Shown: positions 10,019-19,589 of the stretch, piece by piece | Layout of the letters: every line of letters starts with the position of its first letter | Numbering within the stretch: the first letter of the stretch is position 1 | Assembly: GCA_003022365.1 (NCBI GenBank) | Contig: PXOU01000007.1 | Coordinates: 227 to 64,226 of the forward strand | Reading direction: 5' to 3' | Origin: Candidatus Saccharibacteria bacterium QS_5_54_17 | Lineage (GTDB): Bacteria; Patescibacteriota; Saccharimonadia; QS-5-54-17 | Length of the DNA: 64,000 nt | Program-made: the position numbers and the translations under genes | Notes under the pieces: generated by a model | Databases searched by the model: none | What the model saw: only the letters and a program-made list of their open reading frames with translations | Told to the model about the DNA's origin: nothing

Positions 10019-10959
10019 AGAACCGGATATTGGTCGGGGCGATTGCGGGAGGCTTGATACTGGCAACGGCCCTCGTCGTCGCGGTCCAGCTGAATTCCGG
10101 GTCGGAACCCTTTTTCCAGAAAGCCGCCCATGATCACGTCAAACACATGCGGTTCGTGGAACCCAATGTGCTCCAGTACGTCACCCGGGACAACGAGGTT
10201 AAGCGACTCGGAGCGGAAACCTTCCGGACCGAAACCCAAACCCAGGTGAAAGGGTTTCACGTCCGGCTCAGCCCCTCAGGCGAATACGTCAGCCACGCCA
10301 AGGACGGCAAAATACACATCACTACGGTATCCTCGGAGCGGACCAACCACCGGTTGCACGGTTCGCTGCATCGCTGGCAGGACGAGTCATCGCTTATGTA
10401 TATCAAAAACCAATCAAAGCCCTCCGTGTTCCTGGAAGAAGGACAGCTTACCCGGTACCATCTTGAGACTACCAACAAGGACTATGTCATGGACATAGCG
10501 GGCACCGTTATCCATCCGTTGAATTCGTATTCGGGACTGATACTCACCGCGGCCGGCCAGGAGGTAGCCGAGAACGCCCGTTTAACGCTCTACAGTGGCC
10601 GGAAAGAGGCGGAGGTGGCGGTCTCCGATCAACCCATCCAAAGCACGGCCAGCGCTCATGGACTGATGGCTTTCCAGACCCGCGGCGATCCCACCCTGAA
10701 ACTCATCAACCGGCACGGCCGGGTAAAACCGACCGCCATCCAACCGCGGGAAAGTTTGTACCGACCCGTGGATGGGGATACCATCGCCGCCGAGATAACC
10801 AGCGCCGATCAACGGAAAATCGAACTATACGACGTCTCCCAATCGGTGGTGGAAAGACAGCTGCCTCTGGGTGAAGTAGGCGAAGTCATCGACGTGGCGG
10901 CCACGGACAGCTACGTCGCCGTCGCCACCACCAACGGGATATACGTAGGAGCCTTATAG
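10015..10959 (+). CDS. membrane-anchored beta-propeller-like protein
   Basis: ATGA overlap with the M23 gene; N-terminal TM; 'LSPSGEYV' and repeated beta-strand blades. Confidence 0.6.
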   Translation: MKNRILVGAIAGGLILATALVVAVQLNSGSEPFFQKAAHDHVKHMRFVEPNVLQYVTRDNEVKRLGAETFRTETQTQVKGFHVRLSPSGEYVSHAKDGKIHITTVSSERTNHRLHGSLHRWQDESSLMYIKNQSKPSVFLEEGQLTRYHLETTNKDYVMDIAGTVIHPLNSYSGLILTAAGQEVAENARLTLYSGRKEAEVAVSDQPIQSTASAHGLMAFQTRGDPTLKLINRHGRVKPTAIQPRESLYRPVDGDTIAAEITSADQRKIELYDVSQSVVERQLPLGEVGEVIDVAATDSYVAVATTNGIYVGAL

Positions 10960-10960
10960 T

Positions 10961-11578
10961 ATGATGCGATCCAAAAAACTACTCATCATCGCCGCTGTTA
11001 TCATCTTTCTACTGGCTGCCGTCGCGGCGGTGTATTGGCTGGAATTCCGGAACCAGGAATTCCAGCTGGAGGATACTTCCCCCGGCCAGCAAGTCCGGAT
11101 AGACCGGCTGACTCCCACCATTTCTTTTGACTATAATCAACCCCTCTTTATCCCCGAGGATTTCCGGGTGGTGAGCGATCCGCTCATGGACGCGGAAATA
11201 TACACCCGCGGCGACACGCTGTATCTGGTACCCAACCACGCGCTCCTCCAGCGAGCGGAATACACCCTGACCATACCCCGGATCGAAAGCCAATCCGGCC
11301 AAAGCATAGGTGAACACACCCTTACCTTCCGCACGGACCGGCGACAGTCGTCCCGGCTTGGGTTTATCCGTGACCTGCCGGTGCATAATCCCGGCTACAG
11401 CATCACCTATCTGGAAGATCAGGATGCGTTCGTGGTCCGCATTACCCAAGTGCCGGTAGAAGAAAAGCGGCTACGGGCGCGTAACTATCTGGAGAAGAAC
11501 GGCATTAAACCCGGGCAAAACGACGTTAAATTCGAAATATTGCGCAGCGTGGAAGGGCGGGGCGCTTCAGCGGGATAA
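10961..11578 (+). CDS. membrane-anchored Ig-like (Big_5-like) protein
   Basis: N-terminal TM, then 'DTSPGQQ...PTISFDYNQPL...TLYLVP...YTLTI...LTFRT'. Confidence 0.65.
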   Translation: MMRSKKLLIIAAVIIFLLAAVAAVYWLEFRNQEFQLEDTSPGQQVRIDRLTPTISFDYNQPLFIPEDFRVVSDPLMDAEIYTRGDTLYLVPNHALLQRAEYTLTIPRIESQSGQSIGEHTLTFRTDRRQSSRLGFIRDLPVHNPGYSITYLEDQDAFVVRITQVPVEEKRLRARNYLEKNGIKPGQNDVKFEILRSVEGRGASAG

Positions 11579-11594
11579 TCGGCCGATGGGGGCA

Positions 11595-11845
11595 GTTGAC
11601 AGGAAGCAAGGAGCAAGTGGCAAGTGGAAAATGCAAATCCTCTTTGTCATTCCGAACTTGTTTCGGAATCGGCTCTGAAACAGATCCTGAAATAAATTCA
11701 GGATGACAATGGGGGAAGATCCTGAAACAAGCCTGCCTGCCGGCAGGCAGGTTCAGGATGACATTTTCACTACCCCTCTCTGTCATTCCGGCCCCCGAGC
11801 CGGAATCTATTAAACCGAGGTGTTCAATAAGTTCTGTCAAACTAA
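11595..11845. repeat. composite palindromic intergenic element, copy 3
   Basis: Purine heptamers, four TGTCAT modules, nested CCTGCCTGCCGGCAGGCAGG at 11732-11751, then GAGGTGTTCAATAAG. Confidence 0.9.
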
Positions 11846-11905
11846 GCCAGTGATTTATAAAAGGCCGTGGTTATTGTATAATCCAGGGGAAATCAAAAGG
11901 CGGGT

Positions 11906-14900
11906 ATGGCGGAAGCCCAGGATACAGACGACCAGGACCAAAACCAGGATTCGGCCGGCCAGGGCGATGTCGAACAAGACACCCGGGAAGGCGGGGAGCA
12001 AGCCAATCAAGACGGCGGAGCGAGCGAATCCACCGGTGAGGGCGGAGCAGGCGAATCCAGCGGCGGAAGCGGCGGTTTTTACTCGGCTGGCGGCGGCGTA
12101 GCCGAATCCGCCCTGAATAAGACCGCCGTCGGGCGCGGGCTGAAGCCCGTGCTCAAGCTCATCGGCCGTAACAAAGGCAAGAGCGGCATTGCCGGCGGCA
12201 TCGTGGGGGTAATTATAACCATGGTAGTGGTCGGTTTTCTGGGTTTGAAACAGTTCGAGCTGGTGCACATGATGAAAATTTTTCACAACTACGCTTTCGT
12301 GGCGTCCGAATATACCGAAGGCGGCCGGACTTCCCGGCTTCTTGCCCGCACCTTCCAACGCGGCCGTAATATGGAAACGAAAAGAGTTCGCCAGGACGGC
12401 AACCGGCGGAGGACCGGCAACCTGATCAGCGACTGGGTTAATGACAGCCGTTTGAATAAAATCGAGTCAAAAATTGAGAAGAAGGGATATACATTTGAAT
12501 ACAAGAGCGCAAACGGCCACCGGGTGGCTACGGGGATACGCCAAATAGATACCGGGGAGGTGATCGAACTGAAGAACTTCCGCCAAGCACGAGGAGAGAT
12601 CCGCACGCTCATCAAACAAGGGATCAAACCTTGGCGGGTGGGGAAGCGATTCCGGTTTCATCAGTTGATGTATTACCGCACCGGGTGGAATCGGAAATTC
12701 TTTACCGGACGCAAGCGGGCCGATGCCTCCCGGCGGTTGCGCGCCCGGGTACGCGGGGAGAAGTATAACCCGGAGGCGCGCCCCAGAGACAGTGACAGCG
12801 ACAGCAAGGTTTCCGAGGAAACCAGACAACAGGTGGAAGGTGAAGTAGAGGAACAACAGAACAAAGTCAACAATATCATCGAGGACGCTCGCCGGGGACG
12901 CTCGCCAAACCTGAAAGCTCGGGCTTCCGAGATCGGTTTAAGCGTCACCGGTTTGGCAATGATGAAGTGTCTCGCCGAGAGTATTGAAAAGCAAACCGAG
13001 GGCCAAGAGCGGGCCCGCCAGGAAGCACCCATGGTCCTGGCCCAGGAAGTATCCACCGCCGCTCATCAAGCCAAAGTCGGGGGGAATACGGTGAGCGGCG
13101 AAGAATACGGGCAGCTGATGGAAGTTTTTCACGATCCAGCAACAGAGGGTACGGAAGGGAAAAACATAGTTGCAGCTGCTGGCGGCACCGGTACTCCAGC
13201 AACAGAGGATACGGAAGGGAGACACCCAGGCGAAACTGCCGCCTATAAACGAGCGGCCGGTGTACAGCTTACCGGCAACGAACCGGATCTCGAGGACAAT
13301 TATTATGTCAAGGCGGGAGGGATAGGCGGTTTTTTTCGTAACGTCGCAAAAGAGGGGTTAGAACGCATTAATGCAGTAGGCAAATTAGGAAACAATATAT
13401 GTAGCTTTTTGGGTAATACGGGAGTCCAACTGACCGCGGACTCCATAGAGCTTATCGCCTCCTTGGGTGTGGGGAAAGCGGTTGCCATCGGGGGCGAGTG
13501 GGCGCTGGAGCAATTAAGAGCTTTTCAGTGGGCTGTGGGCAATTTTGTGGATTGGATAGTCGACAACATCAGCTGCATGGATTTCGGCTTCTCGGCGCAT
13601 CTGGCCACCAACTGCCTGGCCGCCGGCATGGTGATGAACAACACCGAACATGTCCGAAGCAACATGGGCGCGCCGCCGCTTTCGGGTGATAAATACGAGA
13701 AAGTCCGGGATAAAGCCCAGGACGCCCAACACGACTTTCTGGCCCGGAAGGGTTCGTTCCATAAGTACCTGTCTCCCGACAACCCCTACTCCCTTACCTC
13801 CAAGGTGGCCGTGGCCATGCCCAAAACCTTTCACGGGCTGGCTCGCCAAACGGCCAACATTCCTTCCGCCCTTCTGGATTCGCTGGGAAGCATCTTTTTC
13901 CAGTCCGTCGGCGCCCAGTGGAAGGAAGGGGACGATTATAAAACCTACGGGTTGGAACACTTCGGGTTCACCGACGCAGAAGTGCAGAACGTCGACCCCG
14001 TTGCCAACGAAAAGCACGTTCTGGATCATCTGAACTATTACTGCTGGAAAAATTCCAACGGCAATGAGTGGCAAGTCTACGATGGGAAGGGTTATAGGGG
14101 TTGCGACAAAAGCAAGTTCACCACAGCTGTCAATATGCGGGAGTATCTGTGGTGCTCGCAACTCCCTTACAACGAACCCAGCAGCGGGGGCACAAAGGGT
14201 TGGAGCGACACCCATTGCCCGGATCGTTTCGTCCGAGACAGCTCGCAAAGTTGGTTATCCACAAACAATTTGATCGCCATTTCCATGTGGATGTTTGACC
14301 GGTATACCGTGGAAAACATGTCTCAACTGGTCTCGGATAACAAATTAGACGACACCATAACCTTTAACCTTCTTGAGGATATCGAAAGCTGCGCTCAACA
14401 AATAAAGGAAGATCCGGGTACTCCGGCCACGATGGGCTCGTTTGTTGCTAGAAAGGAAAATCCGCCCATCCCTTTGAGTTGTTATGAGAAAACGGACGAA
14501 CGGCCCTCAATTTTTTACTCCAAAGGCTATATGCAGGGTGAAGGTGGCAGTGCCTCGGCAGATGACGGCGGCTCGGGGAGTGATGGCGGCGACAACAACA
14601 CTGGCGGCGGCGGGAGCGGCGAGTCCCAACCCGTAGAGGGGGAGACGGAAGAACTGGCCAAGCGCATTCTGAATCGTCCCGATATTACTTTTAAGGGCGG
14701 CGAGGGCGGCAGAGTACGGAATTCCTTCGTGCAAGCCAGCCGCAGCGGCACCGCATCCAAGTACACCCGGGATGGTCGCCGGACGGAGGTAAGTTCCCAG
14801 TTGCTGGGGGTCATCCTGCGCATAGCCAACCAGTCTAACATACCCCGCATCCGGATCACCTCGCTTACCACCGGCGATCATACCTCCGGTAGTACGCACT

Positions 14901-15112
14901 ATAGCGGGCAGGGAGTAGATATCGGCAATCAGTTTGCCGATACTCTTATCCGGTTCGTTTACCGGAACCGCGGCAACTTCGGCATCCACGAGATTATATA
15001 CGCCTCGCCGCCACAGGGCACCAGTAATCTTAAGTCCGGGGAGTCCTTTTCCTACTCGCCGAAGACCAGGGAAAATCATAGTGATCACATACATATTTCC
15101 ACACTGCAATGA
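11906..15112 (+). CDS. large membrane protein with C-terminal M15/LAS-like zinc peptidase domain
   Basis: 1068 aa: TM near aa 90-110, a basic region, a Cys-containing middle and a Gly-rich linker. C-terminus 'ITSLTTGDHTSGSTHYSGQGVDIG...HSDHIHIS' has H-x6-D and HxH. Confidence 0.65.
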   Translation: MAEAQDTDDQDQNQDSAGQGDVEQDTREGGEQANQDGGASESTGEGGAGESSGGSGGFYSAGGGVAESALNKTAVGRGLKPVLKLIGRNKGKSGIAGGIVGVIITMVVVGFLGLKQFELVHMMKIFHNYAFVASEYTEGGRTSRLLARTFQRGRNMETKRVRQDGNRRRTGNLISDWVNDSRLNKIESKIEKKGYTFEYKSANGHRVATGIRQIDTGEVIELKNFRQARGEIRTLIKQGIKPWRVGKRFRFHQLMYYRTGWNRKFFTGRKRADASRRLRARVRGEKYNPEARPRDSDSDSKVSEETRQQVEGEVEEQQNKVNNIIEDARRGRSPNLKARASEIGLSVTGLAMMKCLAESIEKQTEGQERARQEAPMVLAQEVSTAAHQAKVGGNTVSGEEYGQLMEVFHDPATEGTEGKNIVAAAGGTGTPATEDTEGRHPGETAAYKRAAGVQLTGNEPDLEDNYYVKAGGIGGFFRNVAKEGLERINAVGKLGNNICSFLGNTGVQLTADSIELIASLGVGKAVAIGGEWALEQLRAFQWAVGNFVDWIVDNISCMDFGFSAHLATNCLAAGMVMNNTEHVRSNMGAPPLSGDKYEKVRDKAQDAQHDFLARKGSFHKYLSPDNPYSLTSKVAVAMPKTFHGLARQTANIPSALLDSLGSIFFQSVGAQWKEGDDYKTYGLEHFGFTDAEVQNVDPVANEKHVLDHLNYYCWKNSNGNEWQVYDGKGYRGCDKSKFTTAVNMREYLWCSQLPYNEPSSGGTKGWSDTHCPDRFVRDSSQSWLSTNNLIAISMWMFDRYTVENMSQLVSDNKLDDTITFNLLEDIESCAQQIKEDPGTPATMGSFVARKENPPIPLSCYEKTDERPSIFYSKGYMQGEGGSASADDGGSGSDGGDNNTGGGGSGESQPVEGETEELAKRILNRPDITFKGGEGGRVRNSFVQASRSGTASKYTRDGRRTEVSSQLLGVILRIANQSNIPRIRITSLTTGDHTSGSTHYSGQGVDIGNQFADTLIRFVYRNRGNFGIHEIIYASPPQGTSNLKSGESFSYSPKTRENHSDHIHISTLQ

Positions 15113-16413
15113 AGTACACGCGACTCGCATTATTTAGTATGATTTTGGTTTTTACGCTGGCCTCCATAATTTCCGGAGTAGGAGCCTTGCCGGCGGAAGA
15201 CGAAAAAGCATACATTTACGACAGCGTTTATTACGATGGCGATGCCACCACCGACCGATGCAGCCAGGGCGGAGCGGAAAGTATAGAGGAGTTACCTTCT
15301 AAAATTCGGCAACCGTACCGGGATCTTTTCCCGGAAGCAGCATCTGAGCAAAATGCCGATTTGGCCTTGTTGACGTTCGTCTTCTTCTGGGAAAACCGCG
15401 ATTTCCCGCCGCCGGACTACGACTGGCCTACTTCCGATTTAGAAGGTGACGACGACCCACAGGGACCGTTCCAATTCCGACCTAGTACATGGGACGCCTA
15501 CGGGGTTGACGGCGACGGAGATGGCGACAAAGACCTACAGGACGTAACCGACGCGGCCTACGGAGCGGCTAATTTTCTGAACTCGCTGGGCGGTAGCCAG
15601 GGGAGCCCGGTGGGCAGCGCCGCCAACCCCTTTGAAGAGGGAACGTTGGCATACGCTATGGGGGCCTACAACCACGGCCCGGCCGCCATGGAAAGAAAGA
15701 AGGATCTCCCCGAAGACGAGCGTGAGCTCCCCAAGGAAACCCGGGATTATATCAAGCGCGGCGTAACTTTTATCCGGGATTTGCGGTCCGGTACGGTCAA
15801 TCTGTCTACTGACGTGGAAGCTGGAGGAGGTGAAACGGCGCAGGCAAACGTAAGCCTTTCTTCGAACGGATGCGGCGGTTTAGGGGTGGGAAGTGATCTG
15901 GTATTCCCCTTGAAAACCACCAAGGCTGCCATACGGGAAGGGACTACCTTGAACGGCACGACCCTGACTTGGTGCCATGACAACCAAACCAACTGCCACA
16001 GCCCTCCCGGCTCCGATGACTTATACAAAGCCGCCGATGTCTTCGTGGAACCCGGCACCGAAGTAGTCGCCGCCACCAGCGGGACCGTGATTAAAACCGA
16101 TCCGCCGGGGCCATCCTTGAGCGTCCGGATACACGGCGAAGATGGTAACTATTATCATTACCAACACCTGAAACCCCACTCTGAGCGCGTCAACGAGAAC
16201 GACCGCGTGGAAGCGGGTGACGTGATAGGGGTTATCGGCGGGCCGAAAGCCGCGTTTGGCACCGCACCGCATCTTCACTTTGATGTCGCCACCGAAAACG
16301 TCGGCATTAGCCGTGACTGTGTGTCAAGCGGGAACTGTGAATATGAAAAATCGGTCATGATTGACGCCCAGCCCGATTTAGTAGGAGCATATAAAGCGTT
16401 ACCACAGGATTAG
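15109..16413 (+). CDS. secreted SLT-like lytic transglycosylase + variant M23 peptidase
   Basis: Signal peptide; 'WE...QGPFQFRPSTWDAYGVDGDGDGDKD...AYNHGP' SLT motifs; 'YKAADVF...GTEVVAATSGTV...YHYQHL...PHLHFD' M23. Confidence 0.8.
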   Translation: MKYTRLALFSMILVFTLASIISGVGALPAEDEKAYIYDSVYYDGDATTDRCSQGGAESIEELPSKIRQPYRDLFPEAASEQNADLALLTFVFFWENRDFPPPDYDWPTSDLEGDDDPQGPFQFRPSTWDAYGVDGDGDGDKDLQDVTDAAYGAANFLNSLGGSQGSPVGSAANPFEEGTLAYAMGAYNHGPAAMERKKDLPEDERELPKETRDYIKRGVTFIRDLRSGTVNLSTDVEAGGGETAQANVSLSSNGCGGLGVGSDLVFPLKTTKAAIREGTTLNGTTLTWCHDNQTNCHSPPGSDDLYKAADVFVEPGTEVVAATSGTVIKTDPPGPSLSVRIHGEDGNYYHYQHLKPHSERVNENDRVEAGDVIGVIGGPKAAFGTAPHLHFDVATENVGISRDCVSSGNCEYEKSVMIDAQPDLVGAYKALPQD

Positions 16414-16416
16414 CCT

Positions 16417-17640
16417 ATGCGGATAAGTTTTACACAAATCACCATAATAGTTGTCGGGGCGCTGATAGTCATCGGGGCCATATGGCTGGTGGTTTCCTAC
16501 TTCACCACCGGAGTCCTGCGGGTGGAAACCGGGCAAAACGCCCGGGTTGAACGGTTCGAGATCGCCGAAAACAGCCAACAAGCCCGAAAGCTTGGCACGG
16601 GGCCGGTGGTTAGCCAACGATTGGATCCGGGAACCTACACCGTAACGGCCGAAAACGCGGAGGGGGAAACGCGGACCGATACTACGGTGCAAAAACGGCA
16701 GACCACCGAGGTTCAGCTCAAGGTAGAAGAAGCAGGCAAGTTCCAAGAACTCACCCGTGGCAACGCCTATAACATAATCTCCCAGGCCGGCCGCCTGCGT
16801 TTTCTCGACCAAAACTTGAAACGGCTGTATCAGTTGGAAGCAGCCGGGCAGCGGCCCGAAAACGTCTTTCCCGGTTTATCCCCGGTATCGAGTATTACCT
16901 GGGCGGGTTATGACAGCGCGTTTGTCCAGCTGGAGAATAACGCCTATAAAGCGCTGGCCAGTGGCAACGTCAAACCGTTTCGATATCCACCGGATGCCCG
17001 CCCTAGTACCGATAACATCCCCAGCCTCGCCTCCCATGACATCAACGACCGCGGCCAAATGGCGGTTAATATCGAGGGTAGTTTGTATCGGTACCCGTCA
17101 GTGGATGCTGAGCCTGACAAATTACGCGATTTACCCAGCCAGAGCAGCCAAATCGCCCTCTCGGACACCGGAAGCATTTTTATATTCCACCCACCGGTAA
17201 CGGGCGAAAACAGTCAGTCCCAGCCCAGCAACCTGATTGTGGGAAGCCAAGCGTCTATGCCGGATGCGATGAAAAATACACACGTGTTGAATGCCGAGTG
17301 GAGTCCATCCGGTAACAAGTTACTCCTGGCCAAGAAAAACGGGCTCCACGTCTACGACAAAGCCGAGCAACAATTAAGCCGGGTTATGCAGTTTCTCCCC
17401 GATAATGCGGACAGTCTCCTGTGGCGGGATGAAAACCGGTTGCTTATGGTCGACGACGGTGCCGTCTGGCAGCTGCACATAGGTGAGCAGAAATGGCGGA
17501 AAATGGCGGACACGCCGGACCCGGTCCGGCACAACAACCCGCTCACCCTTGGCCAGGATGGACGGACCTTATATATGGGTACCACTTCGCAGGGACTGGA
17601 AAATGCCGGGTCTTTGTACCAACTTCGCCTGCCGCAATAG
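16417..17640 (+). CDS. membrane-anchored PEGA-like/beta-propeller protein
   Basis: N-terminal TM, 'LDPGTYTVTA' PEGA-like strand, 'AEWSPSGNKLL' TolB/WD-like blades. Confidence 0.6.
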   Translation: MRISFTQITIIVVGALIVIGAIWLVVSYFTTGVLRVETGQNARVERFEIAENSQQARKLGTGPVVSQRLDPGTYTVTAENAEGETRTDTTVQKRQTTEVQLKVEEAGKFQELTRGNAYNIISQAGRLRFLDQNLKRLYQLEAAGQRPENVFPGLSPVSSITWAGYDSAFVQLENNAYKALASGNVKPFRYPPDARPSTDNIPSLASHDINDRGQMAVNIEGSLYRYPSVDAEPDKLRDLPSQSSQIALSDTGSIFIFHPPVTGENSQSQPSNLIVGSQASMPDAMKNTHVLNAEWSPSGNKLLLAKKNGLHVYDKAEQQLSRVMQFLPDNADSLLWRDENRLLMVDDGAVWQLHIGEQKWRKMADTPDPVRHNNPLTLGQDGRTLYMGTTSQGLENAGSLYQLRLPQ

Positions 17641-17667
17641 CGGCCGTATAGTCTCCCGGCAACGGGA

Positions 17668-18000
17668 ATAAGGGAAGTAGATGGTAGACAGCAGACAGAA
17701 AACAGAGAGTGAGAAGCAACAGGCTCTGAACCTGTCATCCTGAACTTGTTTCAGGATCTATTTCAAAACCATCTCGGTTTAATGGATTCCGGATCGGAGT
17801 CCGGAATGACAAAGCGGGTAGCCTGGTAATAACGAATCTTCTATTGTCATCCTGAATTTATTTCAGGATCTGTTTCAGGCTTAGTTTCATAATCATATCG
17901 ACTTAATGGATTCCGACTCGGGGGCCGGAATGACACAGAGGTTTTGCATTTTTTCACTTGCTTCTTGCTTCTTACTGCTTGCTTCTTGTTCCCCTCATCC
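17668..18000. repeat. composite palindromic intergenic element, copy 4 (between convergent genes)
   Basis: Purine heptamers, two pairs of TGTCATCCTGAA/CCGGAATGACA modules, then pyrimidine heptamers. Confidence 0.9.
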
Positions 18001-18004
18001 GCCT

Positions 18005-18075
18005 CGTCTCCCGGCTTATTGAACACCCTCACAGTAAACAGCAAGGAGGTGTTCAATAAGTTTCTGTCACATTAA
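18005..18075. repeat. short inverted-repeat element (GAACACC...GGTGTTC family)
   Basis: Perfect 13-bp IR CTTATTGAACACC (18015-18027) / GGTGTTCAATAAG (18048-18060). Related sequences at 11818-11840 and 59732-59780. Confidence 0.65.
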
Positions 18076-18085
18076 GTGGCGGATG

Positions 18086-18343
18086 TCAGCCGATCGATAT
18101 CTTGATGTCGACAACCTCCATGTCACTGAACTTATCCAGAAGTTCTTCCCGGCGTAAGCGGAGATCGTTGGCCACGGCCGAGCTGGGCGTTTCTACGGTC
18201 AGCACCTGGCGCTGGAGCCGCCGGGCGCGGACTTTCCCTGGGTAGAGATTGCTCAACAACTCCTGGATGTTGGCCAGCTGCTCCTCACGAGCCATATCAA
18301 GTGAGTCGACCCGGTCCCGCATAATGTCATCAATTGAGCGCAT
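18086..18343 (-). CDS. DciA/DUF721-like protein
   Basis: 85 aa directly downstream of recF; 'VLTVETPSSAVANDLRLRREELLDK...VVDIKI' fits the DUF721 pattern. Confidence 0.65.
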   Translation of the reverse strand: MRSIDDIMRDRVDSLDMAREEQLANIQELLSNLYPGKVRARRLQRQVLTVETPSSAVANDLRLRREELLDKFSDMEVVDIKISIG

Positions 18344-18355
18344 ACCCCGTCCTGA

Positions 18356-19390
18356 TTACAACTCAATGGTAGCACAACCGGTTTCTAGTTGCTGTGGCGG
18401 ATGGGTAGCCGTGATGATGGTTTGGGTGTCGTGTAGGTGTTCCAGCAAGGCCGCTTGGCGCCGCTCATCCAATTCACTGAACACGTCATCCAAAAGCAAC
18501 AGCGGCTCGGACCGGGCATACTCGCGGATATAGGAGAGCTCCCCCAGCATGAGCGCCACCGTGGCCGTCCGCACTTCGCCCCGGGATCCGACTTCGGCCA
18601 GCGGCCGGGAATTATGCGTTACGTTTATGTCGTCCCGATGCGGACCATGGCCGGTGGTGCCATATCTAAAATCGGGTTGAATGGAGGCGGCCAGCTGCCG
18701 TAATAACTCATCGGGATAGTTTTTATTGCTGGTTTTGGAGGCGTAGGTGAATTGGATCTGGTTTTGGTCACCGGTGATATCCCGGTATATAGCCGGCACG
18801 GATTGATTGAAAAACGCCACTAAATCTTCCCGGCATCGGCGGATGTAGGCGGCTTGCTCCACCAGTAATACGTCCCACCCAAAGACCTGGTCTTTACTCG
18901 CCTCTCCCCGGCGTAAAAGACTATTCCGCTGTTTTAATATCCGCCGGAACCGTAAGAGGGAGGTGAGGTATTGGCTGTCGCTAAAGCAGAGAATCCGGTC
19001 CATAAGGTGCCGGCGATAGGATGGGGAGCCGTATATCAACTGTAAGCCGCCCGGTTCGAATAAAACGACCGGTAAATAGCCGATAAAATCCCGGGGCTTG
19101 ACTTGCTCACCCTGGCAGTATAACTGTTTCTGCTTCTGCTTCCAGGTGACCGCCAATTCATTCTTATCCGACGTCCAGGCGCTGACACGGAACCATTGCT
19201 CCCCGTCGCGGGCCATACTGGCCGGCGAACCGCGAAAACTCCGACTCATTCCCAACAGGTAGATAGCTTCCAGTATGTTGGTTTTGCCGCTCCCGTTGGG
19301 ACCGGTGATAACCGTCTTGCCGGCATCAAAACTAAACGCACGGTCTGGGTAGGAACGGAAATTGGTTAGTTGAAGCGTAGAAAGCGGCAT
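18356..19390 (-). CDS. recF: DNA replication/repair protein RecF
   Basis: 'LTNFRSY', Walker A GPNGSGKTNILEAI, 'GPHRDD', 'GSRGE', 'LLLLDDVFSELD'. Confidence 0.97.
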   Translation of the reverse strand: MPLSTLQLTNFRSYPDRAFSFDAGKTVITGPNGSGKTNILEAIYLLGMSRSFRGSPASMARDGEQWFRVSAWTSDKNELAVTWKQKQKQLYCQGEQVKPRDFIGYLPVVLFEPGGLQLIYGSPSYRRHLMDRILCFSDSQYLTSLLRFRRILKQRNSLLRRGEASKDQVFGWDVLLVEQAAYIRRCREDLVAFFNQSVPAIYRDITGDQNQIQFTYASKTSNKNYPDELLRQLAASIQPDFRYGTTGHGPHRDDINVTHNSRPLAEVGSRGEVRTATVALMLGELSYIREYARSEPLLLLDDVFSELDERRQAALLEHLHDTQTIITATHPPQQLETGCATIEL

Positions 19391-19589
19391 ACGGTTAACG
19401 GGGAGTAGTTTTGCTTATTTTGTTGTGTAATCTGTTAGGTAATATCTCGATCAATAAAAGCGTCATTTTTATCATGGGTAGCATCATTCAGCAGCCTACA
19501 GGACTCCTTTATGTGTCGTATATGTGGATATATCCGGGCTGGCAGTATTTTCGCCCGGCCTAAAACCCTTCAATCGCGCGAAAAAACGG

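Noticed and set aside
14255-14263. Perfect DnaA box TTATCCACA
   Set aside because: A single copy within a CDS; compatible with chance.
1-17640. Integrative conjugative element or prophage
   Set aside because: No relaxase, coupling protein, integrase, att repeats or phage structural genes are visible. The region upstream of the window is unseen, so an ICE is not fully excluded.
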